A stretch of 38,549 nt of DNA. Origin: Chiloscyllium plagiosum. Lineage: Eukaryota. The translations under genes and the position numbers were made by a program. Position 1 is the first letter of the stretch; each line of letters opens with the position of its first letter. The stretch covers positions 20,045,570 to 20,084,118 of the forward strand of contig NC_057749.1 in the NCBI RefSeq assembly GCF_004010195.1, given 5' to 3'. Of the stretch, positions 1-11,349 are shown one piece after another. Under the pieces are notes generated by a model. The model saw nothing but the letters and a program-made list of their open reading frames with translations. It was not told the DNA's origin and did not search any database.

Positions 1-27
1 AAGTTAGTCAAACACTTCATCTACAAA

Positions 28-528
28 AAAAAGTCAGAAGTCACATAACACCAGGTTATAGTCCAATAGATTTATTTGAAATCACAAGCTTTCTGAGCTC
101 TGCTCCTTCGTCAAGTAAAACTATAGGAAAGGAAGATTGGCCGGTAGGACAGGTCATGAGGACAGTGCTGAGCTGGAAGGTTGGAACTAGGGTTAAGGTG
201 GGGGGAGGGGAAAAGAGGAAACTGGTGAAGTCCACATTGATGCCATTGGGTTGAAGTGTTCTGAGGCGGAAGAAGAGGCGTTCTTCCTCCAGGCGTCGGG
301 TGGTAGGGAGCAGCGGTGGAGGCAGCCCAGGACCTGCATGTCCTTGGCAGAGTGAGAGGGAGAGTTGAAATGTTGGGCCACAGGGCGGTGGGGTTGATTG
401 GGGCGGGTGTCCCGGAGATGTTCCCTGAAGCGCTCTGCTAGGAGGCATCCAGTCTCCCCAATGTAGAGGAGACCACATCGGGAACAACGGATACAATAAA
501 TGACATTGGTGAATGTGCAGGTGAAGGA
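28..528 (-). mobile_element. Penelope-like element 3' fragment with GIY-YIG endonuclease remnant and degenerate hammerhead
   Basis: Translation FTCTFTNVIYCIRCSRCGLLYIGET...RFREH...PVAQHFN is a PLE GIY-YIG domain with a frameshift. A terminal motif TTGACGA-A-GGAGC-AGA-GCTCA-GAAA-GCTT lies at about 86-114. Confidence 0.88.
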
Positions 529-718
529 GGTTGCATGATTCAGAACCACCACTGACCAGCTAAAGGTGACACAATGAGTTGTAACGGCACAGAAAAATGG
601 TTCCCCATTCAGTCCTGAGATTAGCATCCCTAGGGCCCCTGCAGTCACCAGTTGGGACCTCAAGCAGGCATCAGCTGTTGACACAGGGGATACTCATTAG
701 AGGCAGTGAAAGACATAC

Positions 719-880
719 CTAGGAATATACTTGCTGTAAGCCAACCCATATCTGCTGTGCTAAGGTAAAGATCACAGCGGGCAGTGGGAAGCAGGAAAGA
801 CACACACAGAATTTCAACGGCATCACTGGCATTTGCCCACCCGCAGATAACCAAGAGAGCTATGTGGAAAGTGCCAAAAC
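719..880 (-). CDS. SV2/SVOP-family MFS transporter, coding exon 3 (TM1-TM2: GFGTFHIALLVICGWANASDAVEILCVSFLLPTARCDLYLSTADMGWLTASIFLG)
   Basis: Acceptor tttttttcag, donor CTAG|gtatgt, 162 nt, phase 1-1. The peptide matches the SV2-like pattern GxGxF...D(A/G)VE...F.LP.A.CD..L....G.L....FLG. The gene continues beyond position 1. Confidence 0.9.
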
Positions 881-1053
881 CTGAAAAAAACGCAAAGAAT
901 AAAATTAATTGTGCTAATAGCAATAAAGTGCAAACCACATGGAAAACAAAATACTGCAATGCCTAAGAATAATTATCTCAAGCTCTCAGAGTTCAGGTGT
1001 CTACATTACAACTTGACCTGAAGAGTTTCTGAGCAACATACTCACAACATTAT

Positions 1054-1290
1054 CAGCGCCAGAGACCCGGGTTCAATTCCCGCCTCAGGCGACTCTCTGT
1101 GTGGAGTTTGCACATTCTCCCCGTGTCTGCATGGCTTTCCTCCGACAATCCAAAAGTGTGCAGGTTAGGTGAATTGGCCATGCTAAATTGCCCGTAGGGG
1201 AAGGGGTCTAGGTGGGTTGCGCTTCGACGGGTCGGTGTGGATTTGTTGGGCCGAAGGGCCTGTTTCCACACTGTAAGTAATCTAATCTAA
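1054..1290 (+). mobile_element. HE1-type (V-SINE) tRNA-derived SINE, 5' truncated
   Basis: B-box GGTTCAATTCC, V-domain text tgtgtggagtttgcacattctccccgtgtctg and an (aatct)n tail. 10-bp TSD aacattatca at 1046-1055 and 1290-1299. It sits in an intron of the transporter gene. Confidence 0.9.
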
Positions 1291-1746
1291 ACATTATCAT
1301 GTGACTGCACTTGTGGTCAAGAGTCTAACTAGTGGAGTTCCTGTAATACCCATGTTAGAGTGTTACAGCAGTTAAGCTGAAAATAAAACTAATCAATCCA
1401 ACAAACATTGTCTTCATTCCAGCATTATCTCAGGTTAATGTTGCGCTAGGAATGCAGCACTTCTTGCAGTGCAAACTTCCTAGTATTGAACTGCAAGCGT
1501 CAGTACCTGAGTCTCTGGACGGGGACTCAAGCCCACAACTTTCTAGAAAGAGAGAGAGTGCTATCCACTGAGCTACAGCTGATGCTATAATACACAACCA
1601 TCCCACAGAGTAAGAACCTCTTTTCAGTCAGAGTACAAAACGGAACTCAAGATTCACAGTGAAAGACAGTGAACATAAAGAATGTTACAATCAAATCAAT
1701 AATTATTTAATAATCACAAAAAACGCACAAATACAGAAAACAACAC

Positions 1747-1881
1747 CTGTTTCTTCAACAGCTTCTTCAAATGTCAGTGCGATTTCGTAACTATCTCTTC
1801 CAGATTTCCTTCGTTCAAAAACAGCCTCCTCTGCAAGAGAAGTTGACATTTTGCTAGCAGACTGATTAGCGTGAAGCAGCT
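1747..1881 (-). CDS. SV2/SVOP-family MFS transporter, coding exon 2 (..LLHANQSASKMSTSLAEEAVFERRKSGRDSYEIALTFEEAVEET)
   Basis: Acceptor ttgctctgtgtag, donor ACAG|gtgttg, 135 nt, phase 1-1, open frame. It ends in TFEEAVEET, the motif that precedes GFG in SV2/SVOP-type transporters. An alternative ATG lies at 1849. Confidence 0.85.
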
Positions 1882-2339
1882 CTACACAGAGCAACAACAA
1901 ATTTAAGGAGAGCTGTCGGAATCCTCAACTGACTGGAAATTGACTGAACGTCAAAACTGTCACCACCCACAATTATTCAGATTGCAACAGAAAACCTAAA
2001 TTACCATAAAGTTTCTAGTTAACCAGAAGGCAAGAGAAAATATACTAGCTAGGTTCATCTAACAAAGGAACTGCAAGCAAAATAAGCAGCTTTCAAAATA
2101 ACATAAAAATAAGATTCTAATTTATTTCAAAGTTAGTTTTCCAGTCCACTGACAGAGGTATCAAGTGTTGGAAAGAGGATGGTAAAGATTACCTGAATTA
2201 TATCAGCATAAAGCATTTGTTATGCAAGTAACCAGTAGCAAGTGACAGTGTACAACAGAACACAAAGTGGCTCTACCCGGGAGCAGCAATACTAACGCAA
2301 TTGCAATGTCATAGACCACAGAGGAGGTGGGAAGTGGGA

Positions 2340-2985
2340 GAGTGGAGAGTGGAAGGGTATCACATAATTTGGGGCCTCAATAAATGAAGATTTGAAAACA
2401 AGGATGGCAATTTTAAAATTAAGAAATTGCTTGATTGGGAGCTGACTTCAGCGAGCGATCACAGTTAGTGAGAAGGGCTACAGTGCTCGGTGCAAGCTAG
2501 GGCATGGGCAGAGTTTTGGATGACCTTAAGTTTAAGGATGGCAGAATGTGGGAGGTTGGCACTGGAATAATCAAGTCGAGAGTGAATGAAAGCCTAAATA
2601 AGAGTTCCATCAGCATTTGAGCTGAGACAGGAGTAAAGCTGGATGCTGCTGCCCAAGGGGATCATATTTAATGCTAAGGTTGCAAACATCAGGGCTTAAA
2701 CTCAGATTACTGCCAGGAAGAGAAATAGACTTGGGAGATAGTGAAGAGTGTTTGGAGAGGAGATCAAGAACAATACCATCCCCATATTTAACTGGAGGAA
2801 ATTTCTGTTCATTCAGTACTGGATTTCAGACAAGCAATTTATTTAGCAACAGTGGAGTCAAGAGGTGGTGGCAATGTGGTGTCATCAGCAAATATAAAAA
2901 CTAACACTGTGTCTTCAGATGATACTATTAAGGGCAGCACATATCTGAAAATAAGATAAGGACAAGGAAAGACACTTGGGAAGGG
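2340..2985 (-). mobile_element. old L2-type LINE RT remnant
   Basis: Minus-strand IFADDTTL (YADD-like) near 2875-2896 in heavily decayed RT-like sequence. Confidence 0.55.
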
Positions 2986-2989
2986 CACC

Positions 2990-3226
2990 ATAGAGACATA
3001 GAGTACAGCATGGAAACAGACTCTTCGGTCCAACTCGTCCATGCTGACCAGATATCCTAATTTAGTCCCATTTGCCAGCACCTGGCCCATATCCCTCTAT
3101 ATCCTTACTATTCATATACCCATCAAGATGCCTTTTAAATGCTGCAATCGTACCAGCCTCCACCACGTCCTCTGGCAGCTCTTTCCATTCACATACCACC
3201 CTCTGCATGAAAAAGTTGCCCCTTAG
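2990..3226 (-). mobile_element. CR1-type LINE 3' end
   Basis: DLRGNFFMQRVVCEWKELPEDVVEAGTIAAFKRHLDGYM is a CR1 ORF2 C-terminus, followed by a 3' UTR shared with many copies in the window. Confidence 0.88.
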
Positions 3227-3321
3227 ATCCTCAGCGCCAGCAGGATACGCAAATCCTTGCAAGCCGCACAGGGAATAAATATAATAGTTAAAAAAGACTT
3301 GAATTTATAAATAGATGAATA

Positions 3322-3530
3322 TGAGGAGAAAGTGAGGTTTGCAGATGCTGGAGATCAGAGCTGGAAATGTGTTGCTGGAAAAGCGCAGCAGGTCAGGCAG
3401 CATCCAGGGAACAGGAGAATCGACGTTTCGGGCATAAGCCCTGAAGAAGGGCTTATGCCCGAAACGTCGATTCTCCTGTTCCCTGGATGCTGCCTGACCT
3501 GCTGCGCTTTTCCAGCAACACATTTCCAGC
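3322..3530. mobile_element. short fold-back PLE-terminal insertion with hammerhead ribozyme core
   Basis: Perfect 84-bp inverted arms (3359-3442 / 3448-3531). 14-bp TSD taaatagatgaata (3308-3321 / 3531-3544). Core CTGAAGA-A-GGGC-TTAT-GCCC-GAAA-CG-TC at 3441-3468. Confidence 0.9.
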
Positions 3531-3588
3531 TAAATAGATGAATAGCAAAATAAGAAAATAAAGAGTTCATGTCGAGATTTTCAAATCA

Positions 3589-4100
3589 AATAGTGAAGGT
3601 GGCATTTGGTATGCTTTCCCCCATTGGTCAGAGTATTGAGCACAGGAGTTGGGAGGTCATATTGTGGCTGTACAGGACATTGGTCAGGCCACTTTTGGAA
3701 TATTGTTTGCAATTCTGTTCTCCTTCCTATTGGAAGGGTGTGGTGAGGTTCAGCAAAGATTTACAAGCATGTAGCCAGGGTTGGAAGATTTGAACTATAG
3801 AGAGAGGCTGAATAGGCTGGGGCTGTTTTCCCCGCAGCGGAGGCTAAGGAATGATCTTATAGAGGTTTATAAAATGATGAAGGTCATGGATAGGATAAAT
3901 AGACATGTTCTTTTCTCTGGGTGGAACAATTACAGCATTTAAAAGGCATCTGGATGGGTATATGAATAGGAAGGGTTTAGAGGGATATGGGCCAAATGCT
4001 GGCAAATGGGACTAGATTAAGTTAGGATATCTGGTCAGCATGGATGAGTTGGACTAAAGGGTCTGTTTCCGTGCTGTACATCTCTTTGACTCAATGACTA
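3589..4100 (+). mobile_element. CR1-type LINE 3' fragment with internal deletions
   Basis: LYRTLVRPLLEYC motif and the typical 3' UTR ending gtgctgtacatctct.tgactc.atgact. Confidence 0.88.
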
Positions 4101-5237
4101 GTCAGGTCTGAATGGGATTTGTGGGCAATTCTTAGCAACATACTTCCAGTAAGATGTAAAGGCCTTAGAAAGGGTTCAGATGGTACTTATGAATATGTTG
4201 CCAAGAATGAGAGATTTCTACTATGTGAGATGAAGGGAAAGACTGATCTCCGAGGAAGACAGAAAGTTAAGAGGTGACCCAATGAAATAGTACTTCTCAA
4301 ACTGTTTCCTAGTCTGACCCCTTTTCAGGGTTTGAAAATTATTGTGACCTCTCAGTCAGAACTAAGAAGGGGTGGGAATGCTGAGAGAGCAAAGATTGGA
4401 GTATTGGTACTCATTATAACTCAATTGGAGCCTAAAGTAGTCATTGCTGGCTCAAATCTGGCAACCCCAAAGTATCAAAATGATGAGAGGATTTAATGGA
4501 TTAAAGACAAAAGAATATTCCCTCTATAACCTGAGGTTATAGTTTCAAAACTACTGCAAAGAAATAGAGTTAGTATGAGGGGAGTTTTCTTCATTCAGAT
4601 AGTTGTTAGGATTTGTAACACTGTACCTGAAGAGATGGTGGACTCCATAAATGTTTTGAGAGAGAGTTGAACAGGATTTAGAGGACAAAGAACTTACAGG
4701 GTTTCAAACAAAAAGCTGGGATGTGGGATTGAGCACAACTTCTCTTTCAAAGAGCCAGTCAAGATTTGATGGGCTGAATGGTTTCCTTGTGTATTGCAGG
4801 ACTGCACGATTCTTTACGTATCACGGGACAGGGTTTATGAACTTAATTTGATCATGGCTAAACTTTGATCCTACCGACAGGTTGGTTGATGAGATTACAT
4901 TTGATAACACTGCTAACGGCAGCACATGCAAAACCTAATGCCACAACTAATTTCTCTATTCTGAATAAGGGTCACTGGAGCCAAATGTTATCTCTGAACA
5001 GCTTCCAGACCTGCTCAATTTTTCCAACAATTTCTGTTTTTGTTTCTAATTTTGCCTATATTCAGTACCTTCCAATCTGGGCCCTGTATCCCTGGAAGGA
5101 TTGCGAGTCCCGTGTGCTGCATTGCCTTGCTGGTGCCAGCAAAAGGACATCAGAAAGAGGGTGCAACTCCTTTCTTTCTAATTTATTCATAAGATGTGGC
5201 TGCTGTTGGCTAGGTTAGCTAGGTCAAAGGATGTTAA

Positions 5238-5407
5238 GAGCTGAAAATGTGTTGCTGGAAAAGCGCAGCAGAGCAGGCAGCATCCAGGGAACAGGAGAAT
5301 CGACGTTTCGGGCATAAGCCCTTCTTCAGGAATGAGGAAAGTTTGTCCAGCAGGCTAAGATAAAAGGTAGGGAGGAGGGACTTGGGGGAGGGGCGTCAGA
5401 AATGCGA
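5238..5407 (-). mobile_element. PLE terminal fragment with intact-looking hammerhead core
   Basis: Same family as 3322-3530. The minus strand reads attc-CTGAAGA-A-GGGC-TTAT-GCCC-GAAA-CG-TC-gatt at about 5298-5333. Confidence 0.85.
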
Positions 5408-6369
5408 CACTGTCAGATGTCTCACAGGAAAGGATGCCAGGGGTAGAAATCCCATTCATTGAAATCACGGGCCAATCAGAGGTCAGCAGCTCATTTGCTC
5501 AAAATGTCACAAGAAAGGTGGTAGCTCCTGCCAGAGTGACATCCAATGAAGACTCAGGAATGAGGTGCTACCCAGGCCAGAGGTAAGTAAAAGTTGGAGG
5601 CTTTCTATGTGTCAGGCTTGTTAGTGAGAAGGCTTAGAGAACAATTGGCAGCTATAGTGAGGTATCATTTTCACTGGGACCCCCTCCTTAATGCCAGTTT
5701 CTCAACCATGTATTGAGTAACTTTGAATGAGGGTACCGACATCTACTACATGAGACCACAAGTGACCTATATAGCTATGTTTGTTATGCTCTCTATGCTC
5801 TCCATATGGTGATAAGCCCACCTGCAGTTCAGTTATGATTAGCAGCAGCCATTTGCCTACTTAGGGGCCTCAACGGGGGGTAGGCAGGAAAGTTTCCTAC
5901 CAAGTATTTAATCAGAGTGGATGGAGAAGGTGGCAGCCTTCCTCTCACCACCATCCCACCCAATTAAATGCCTTCCCTGCCTCCAAACAAAAAATGACTG
6001 AGGATAGAAGATTCCTCCAAAGTTCCATATATCCCAAAACAATCTGTATAAAAGTTTTAACCATTAATACATTTAAAAATGAGGCAATCTTCCTGTTTAT
6101 TTAAAGATATTTAGACCAAGAGAGCTGATAAATAAACAATGTGTTCTGTCATGATAACTTTTATCCTTGTTGCAGAGATTTGTGGATACATGCTTGTTAC
6201 ATTGTTGAAACAGAATAGATTCTGAGAAAAAAGAATTACACAGTAGAAATAAGTTCAGCATGTATTCAGGGTGATTGAAAATTTCCTTTCACTGCCATTA
6301 CAGATCAAATAAGCTCTATGCAAAAAATAAACTCGAAAAACAGTTGGATCTGCAAAACAATTGCTAACA

Positions 6370-8484
6370 GAGTCATACAGTTATAGAGATGAATAGTATG
6401 GAAACAGATCCTTCAGTCCAACTCAGCCATGCCTAAATAAACAAATCTAATCCCATTTGAAAGCATTTGGCCTACATCCCTCTAAACCCTTCCTATTCAT
6501 TTACCCATCCAGATGCCTTTTAAATACAGTAATTGTACCAGCCTCCACCATTTCTGCTGGCAGCTCATTCCATTCACACACCACCGTCTGTGTGAAAACA
6601 TTGTCCTTGAGGTCTTCTTAAATCTTTCCCCTCTCACCTTAAACCTATGCCCTCTAGTTTTGGACACTCACAACCCAGGGAAAAGTCCTTGTCTATTTAC
6701 CCTATTCACGGTTCTCATGATTTGACAAACCTCTGTAAGATCACCCTTCAGCCTCTGACGCTGCAGAGAAAACAACAACCCCAGCCTATTCAAACTCTCT
6801 CTATAGCACCAGCTTAAATAGTCCCAGTTTGGCTTCTCTCTTTAGCTCAACCCTGCCAAATCTGGGAACATCCCTGTAAAATCTTGTCTGGACTCTTTCA
6901 AGTTTCACAATATGCTGCCTATAGCAGGGAGACCAGAATTGTCTGCTGTATTCCAAAAGCACAGCCGCACCATGACCTTCCAACTCCTATACTCAATGCA
7001 CTGAACAATAAAGGCAAACACCTTCTTCACTATCCTGTCTATCTGCGACTCTACTTTCAAGGAACTATGATTCTGCACTCCACGGTCTGTTTATTCAGCA
7101 ACACTCCCCAGGACCTTTCCATTAAGTGTATAAGTCCTTCCCTGATTTGTCTTACCAAACGCAGCACTTCAAATTTATCTAAATTAAACTCCATTTGCCA
7201 CTACTCAGCACATTGTCCCATCTGATCAAGATCCTGTTGTACTTTGACATAACCTTCTTCGCTGTCAACTCCATCTCCAATTTTGGTGTCACCTGCAAAC
7301 TTACTAACCATACCATTTATGTTCACATCCAAATCATTTATATAAATGACAGAAAGCAGTGGATCCAGCACCAATCCTTGTGGCACTCCATTGGTCACAT
7401 GAAGCCAGTTCTGTATTTAAATTGCTAGTTCTCCATGTATTCCATGCGATTTAACCTTGCCAACCAATGTACTTGAAGAACCTTGTTGAATGCCTCACTG
7501 AAGTCCATATAGATCACGTTCACCGCACTGCCATCATCAATCATCTTCATTACCTCTTCACAAAACTCAATCAAGTTAGTGAGACATGGTTTCACATGCA
7601 CAAAACCATGTTGATTATCCCTAATCAGTCCTTGCCTTTCCAATCACATGCAAACCCTGTCCCTCAGAATGCACTCCATCAACATTGCCACAACTGATGT
7701 CAGCCTCACCGGTCTATAGATCCTTGTCTTCTCCTTATCACCTTTCTTAAATAGTGGCACTTCAAATCTTCTGGCCCCTTACATGTGGCTATCAATGATC
7801 CAAATATTTCAACAAGGGGTCCAGCAATCACTTCCCTAACTTCCCACAGAGATCTAGGGAACCGATCAGGTCCCGGGGATTTATCCACCTAATTGTTTTA
7901 AGACATCCAGCTCCACTAACTCTGTAATAGCAGCTCTTCTCAACATGTCGTTAATTATTTCCCAATATTCCCTATCTTTCTGTATCCATATCCACAGTAA
8001 ACACTGGTACAAAATATTTATTTAGTATCTCCCCCACCTCCTGTGGCTCCACACATAGGTGGCCTTGCTGATCTTTAAGGGGGGGCATATTGTCTCTATA
8101 GTTACTCCTTTGTCCTTAATGTATTTATAGAATCCTTTGGAGTTTCCTTAACCCTATTTGCCAAAGCTATCTCATGTCCTCTTTTTGTCCTCCTGATTTT
8201 ACTCAAGTATACTGCTACTGTCTTTATTCTCTTCTATCCCTGCTGTGTATACCTGACATATGCTTATTTTTATTCTTGGCCAAAGCCTCAATTTCTCTAG
8301 TTATCCAACATTCCCTACACCTACCACATTGCCTTTCACCCTAACAGATTCATAGTGTCTCTGGATTCTTGTTTTCTCATTTTTGAAGGGTTCACATTTT
8401 CCAGCCATCCCTTTATCTGTGAACATCTGCCCCAAAACAACTTTTGAAAGTTCTTGCCTAATACTATCAAAATTGGCCTTCCTC
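6370..8484 (-). mobile_element. CR1-type LINE, decayed, about 2.1 kb
   Basis: Fragmented ORFs DKSPGPD, QHGFVHVKPCLTNLIEF, IYMDFSEAFNKV, GVPQGLVLDPLL, SKFAGDTKIG, plus the 3' UTR. Confidence 0.92.
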
Positions 8485-8704
8485 TGAGGACTGCAGATGC
8501 TGGAGATCAGAGCTTAAAAATGTGTTGCTGGAAAAGCGCAGCAGGTCAGGCAGCATCAAAGGAGAAGGAGAATCGACGTTTCGGGTAAAAGCCCTTCTTC
8601 AGAAAGGGCTTCCTGAAGAAGGTCTTATGCCCGAAACGTCGATTCTCCTTCTCCTTTGATGCTGCCTGACCTGCTGCGCTTTTCCAGCAACACATTTTTA
8701 AGCT
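8485..8704. mobile_element. fold-back PLE-terminal insertion with two opposed hammerhead cores
   Basis: About 92-bp near-perfect inverted arms (8511-8602 / 8613-8704). Each arm carries CTGAAGA...GAAACGTC on its own strand. Confidence 0.88.
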
Positions 8705-8935
8705 AGAGTCTCAAAGGTCAGACAAGGCAAGGACAATGGATTTCCTTCTCTGAAGGACATTAGTGAACAGACAGGCTTTTACAACAGTCAATGGTGGTCA
8801 CATCACCACCACGAGAATAGCTTTTGAATGGATTCATATTTCATCATCTGCTATGGTGGGATTTGAATCCATGACCCGAGAACATTAGCTTGAGGTTCTA
8901 GATTACTAGCCCAGTGACATTACCACGATGATACT
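8705..8935 (-). mobile_element. tRNA-derived SINE (second, non-HE1 family)
   Basis: A/B-box-like head at about 8860-8930 on the minus strand. The body is similar to 19538-19745(+), 26810-27080(-) and 33460-33620(-). Confidence 0.65.
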
Positions 8936-10020
8936 GGTTCTCATTCTTCAAGAAAGTGGCATTGAGCCAGAGGTTGTGGAACACACTGCCCCAATGACTG
9001 AGAGAGCAGATTTTATGGTCAGCATTTCAGGAGCAAGGGAGAAAGTTAAAAATTACGGTTTCAAAGGCAGTACAGGATAATTTGTGGATTACTCCCACTG
9101 CCATGCACTGGCCAGACTAAACAAGGGGTTAATGCATGGAGGAGACAGAGCTTCAGGTTCTTGGAGTATTGGGACCAGTTATATTTGTGCAGCTTTTTAA
9201 TATTAAAATCGATCAATGTCAATCTGACAGAATTAGGATCCGCCACAGCCACCCCAACATCACGAATCACAGTATCTCGGTCCCTGTGACATAGTGGTAG
9301 TGCCTTTTGTCCCTGACAGTTCTCTGCCTGCCTAATCAGGCAAGCTCGCATTCACTCAGAAGTCACACAAATCACAAAATACAGAACTTCCTAGTAGCCA
9401 AGTGCTTTAACCATTCAATCACTCAATCTAATTAGAAAATGGTGCAGTCAAATGGATGACATTCACTTCAGCAGGAAAAATAGGCAAGTAGACTTTTTCT
9501 TGAAAAATGGTGAATGTCTGGAAATTGTTAGCATTCAGAAGGACCTGGGTGTCCTGGTATACAAACCACATAAGTTTAACCAGCAAGTTTAGCAAGCAAT
9601 TCTCAGCCCCTGACCTGCTCCGAGAACCACAGTATTTATTCAGCTGTTCCAGTTCAATTTCTGGAGAATCGTAATCCCATAGGAAGTGGATAGTAATTCA
9701 GTAATATCAATGAATATCAAGAGGGAATGGTTTGATCCTCTCTTGTTGGATATGTTCATTGCCTGGCACTTAGTTGGCATGAATATTATTTCCCAATTGT
9801 CAGCCAAACCTGGATATTATCCAGGTGTTGTTGTATTTGGGCCATGGACCTTTAGTATCTGAGGAGTCACAACTGGTATTAAATATTGTGCAATGATCAG
9901 CAAACATCCCCACTTCTGGTCTTATGATGCAGAGAAGGTCATTGAAGACAACTGGGCCATTACCCTGAGGAATTCATGAACTGATATCAAGGGATTGAAG
10001 TTCAACAACTATCTTCCTCT

Positions 10021-10245
10021 GTTTAGGGTGTAGGTTTGCTCGCTGAGCTGTAGGTTTGATATCCAGACGTTTCATTACCTGGCTAGGTAACATCATCACT
10101 GGCACCCTCCAAGTGAAGCGAAGCTGTTGTTGTCTGTTTTCTATTTATATCTTTCTCCTGGATGGGGTTCCTGGGGTTTGTGGTGATGTCATTTCCTGTT
10201 CATTTTCTGAGGGGTTGATAGATGGCGTTTTATCCACTCACTAAA
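10021..10245 (-). mobile_element. PLE 3' terminal fragment (third family) with mutated hammerhead
   Basis: Similar to 13370-13527 and 36112-36260. The minus strand reads cca-GTGATGA-T-GTTACCT-AGCC-AGGTAAT-GAAA-CG-TC-tgg at about 10063-10102. Confidence 0.8.
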
Positions 10246-11325
10246 TCTCTTAAAATCTGAGGTACGGGATGTACGTGTATTTGGAAAGGCAAGGACTGAT
10301 TAGGGATAGTCAGCATGGCTTTGAGAGTGGGAAATCATGTCTCACGAACTTGATTGAGTTTTTTGAAGTAACAAAGATGATTGATGAGGGCAGAGCAGTA
10401 GATGTGATCTGTATGGACTTCAGTAAGGCTTTCGACAAGATTCCCCATGGGAGACTGATTAGCACGGAATACAGGGAGAACTAGCCATTTGGATACAGAA
10501 CTGGCTCAAAGGTAAAAGACAGAGGGTGATGGTGGAGAGTTGTTTTTCAGATTGGAAGCCTGTGACCAGTGGAGTGCCACAAGGATCGGTGCTGGGCCCT
10601 CTACTTTTCATCATTTACATAAATGATTTGGATGCGAGCATAAGAGGTACAGTCAATAAGTTTGCAGATGACACCAAAATTGGAGGTGTAGTGGACAGCG
10701 AAAAGGGTTACCTCAGATTACAACAGGATCTTGATCGGAGGGGCCAATGGGCTGAGAAGTGGGAGATAGAGTCAAATTCAGATAAATGTGAGGTGATGCA
10801 TTTTGGGAAAGCAAATCTTAGCAGGTCTGAGGGAATGTTGCTGAACAAAGGGACCTTGGAGTGCAGGTTCATAGCTCCTTGAAAGTGGAGTCGCAGGTAG
10901 ATAGGATAGTGAAGGTGGCGTTTGGTATGCTTTCCCTTATTGGTCAGAGTAATGAGTACAGGAGTTGGGAGGTCATGTTGCAGCTGTACAGGACATTTGT
11001 TAGGCCACTGTTGCAATATTGCGTGCAATTCCGGTCTCCTTCCTATCGGAAATATTTTGTGAAACTTGAAAGGGTTTAGAAAAGATTTACAAGGATGTTG
11101 CCGGGGTTGGAGGATTTGAGCTATAGGGAAAGGTTGAATAGGATAGGGCTGTTTTCCCTGGAGCATCGGAGGCTGCGAGGTGACCTTATAGAGATTTATA
11201 AAATCATGAGGGGCATGGATAGGATAAATAGGCAAAGTCTTTTCCCTGGGGTCGGGGAGTCCTGAACTAGAGGGCATAGGTTTAGGGTGAGAGGGGAAAG
11301 ATATAAGAGAGACCTACAGGGCAAC
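10246..11325 (+). mobile_element. CR1-type LINE RT fragment
   Basis: QHGFESGKSCLTNLIEFF, MDFSKAFDKIPH, GVPQGSVLGPLLF, KFADDTKIG and LYRTFVRPLLQYC, interrupted by frameshifts and deletions. Confidence 0.93.
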
Positions 11326-11349
11326 TGGTGGGTGGGGGGGTATCCATTC

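Noticed and set aside
660..959. 99-aa ORF as a single-exon membrane protein
   Set aside because: Only 719-880 is exon; the flanks are intronic read-through past clear splice sites.
3305..3570. Mirror-image ORFs on both strands encoding similar peptides
   Set aside because: These are a by-product of the DNA palindrome in a non-coding PLE terminus.
10269..11277. Clusters of RT-like ORFs here and at 18098-18751, 24861-25352 and 7201-7888
   Set aside because: They are ordinary decayed CR1 copies with stops, frameshifts and deletions.
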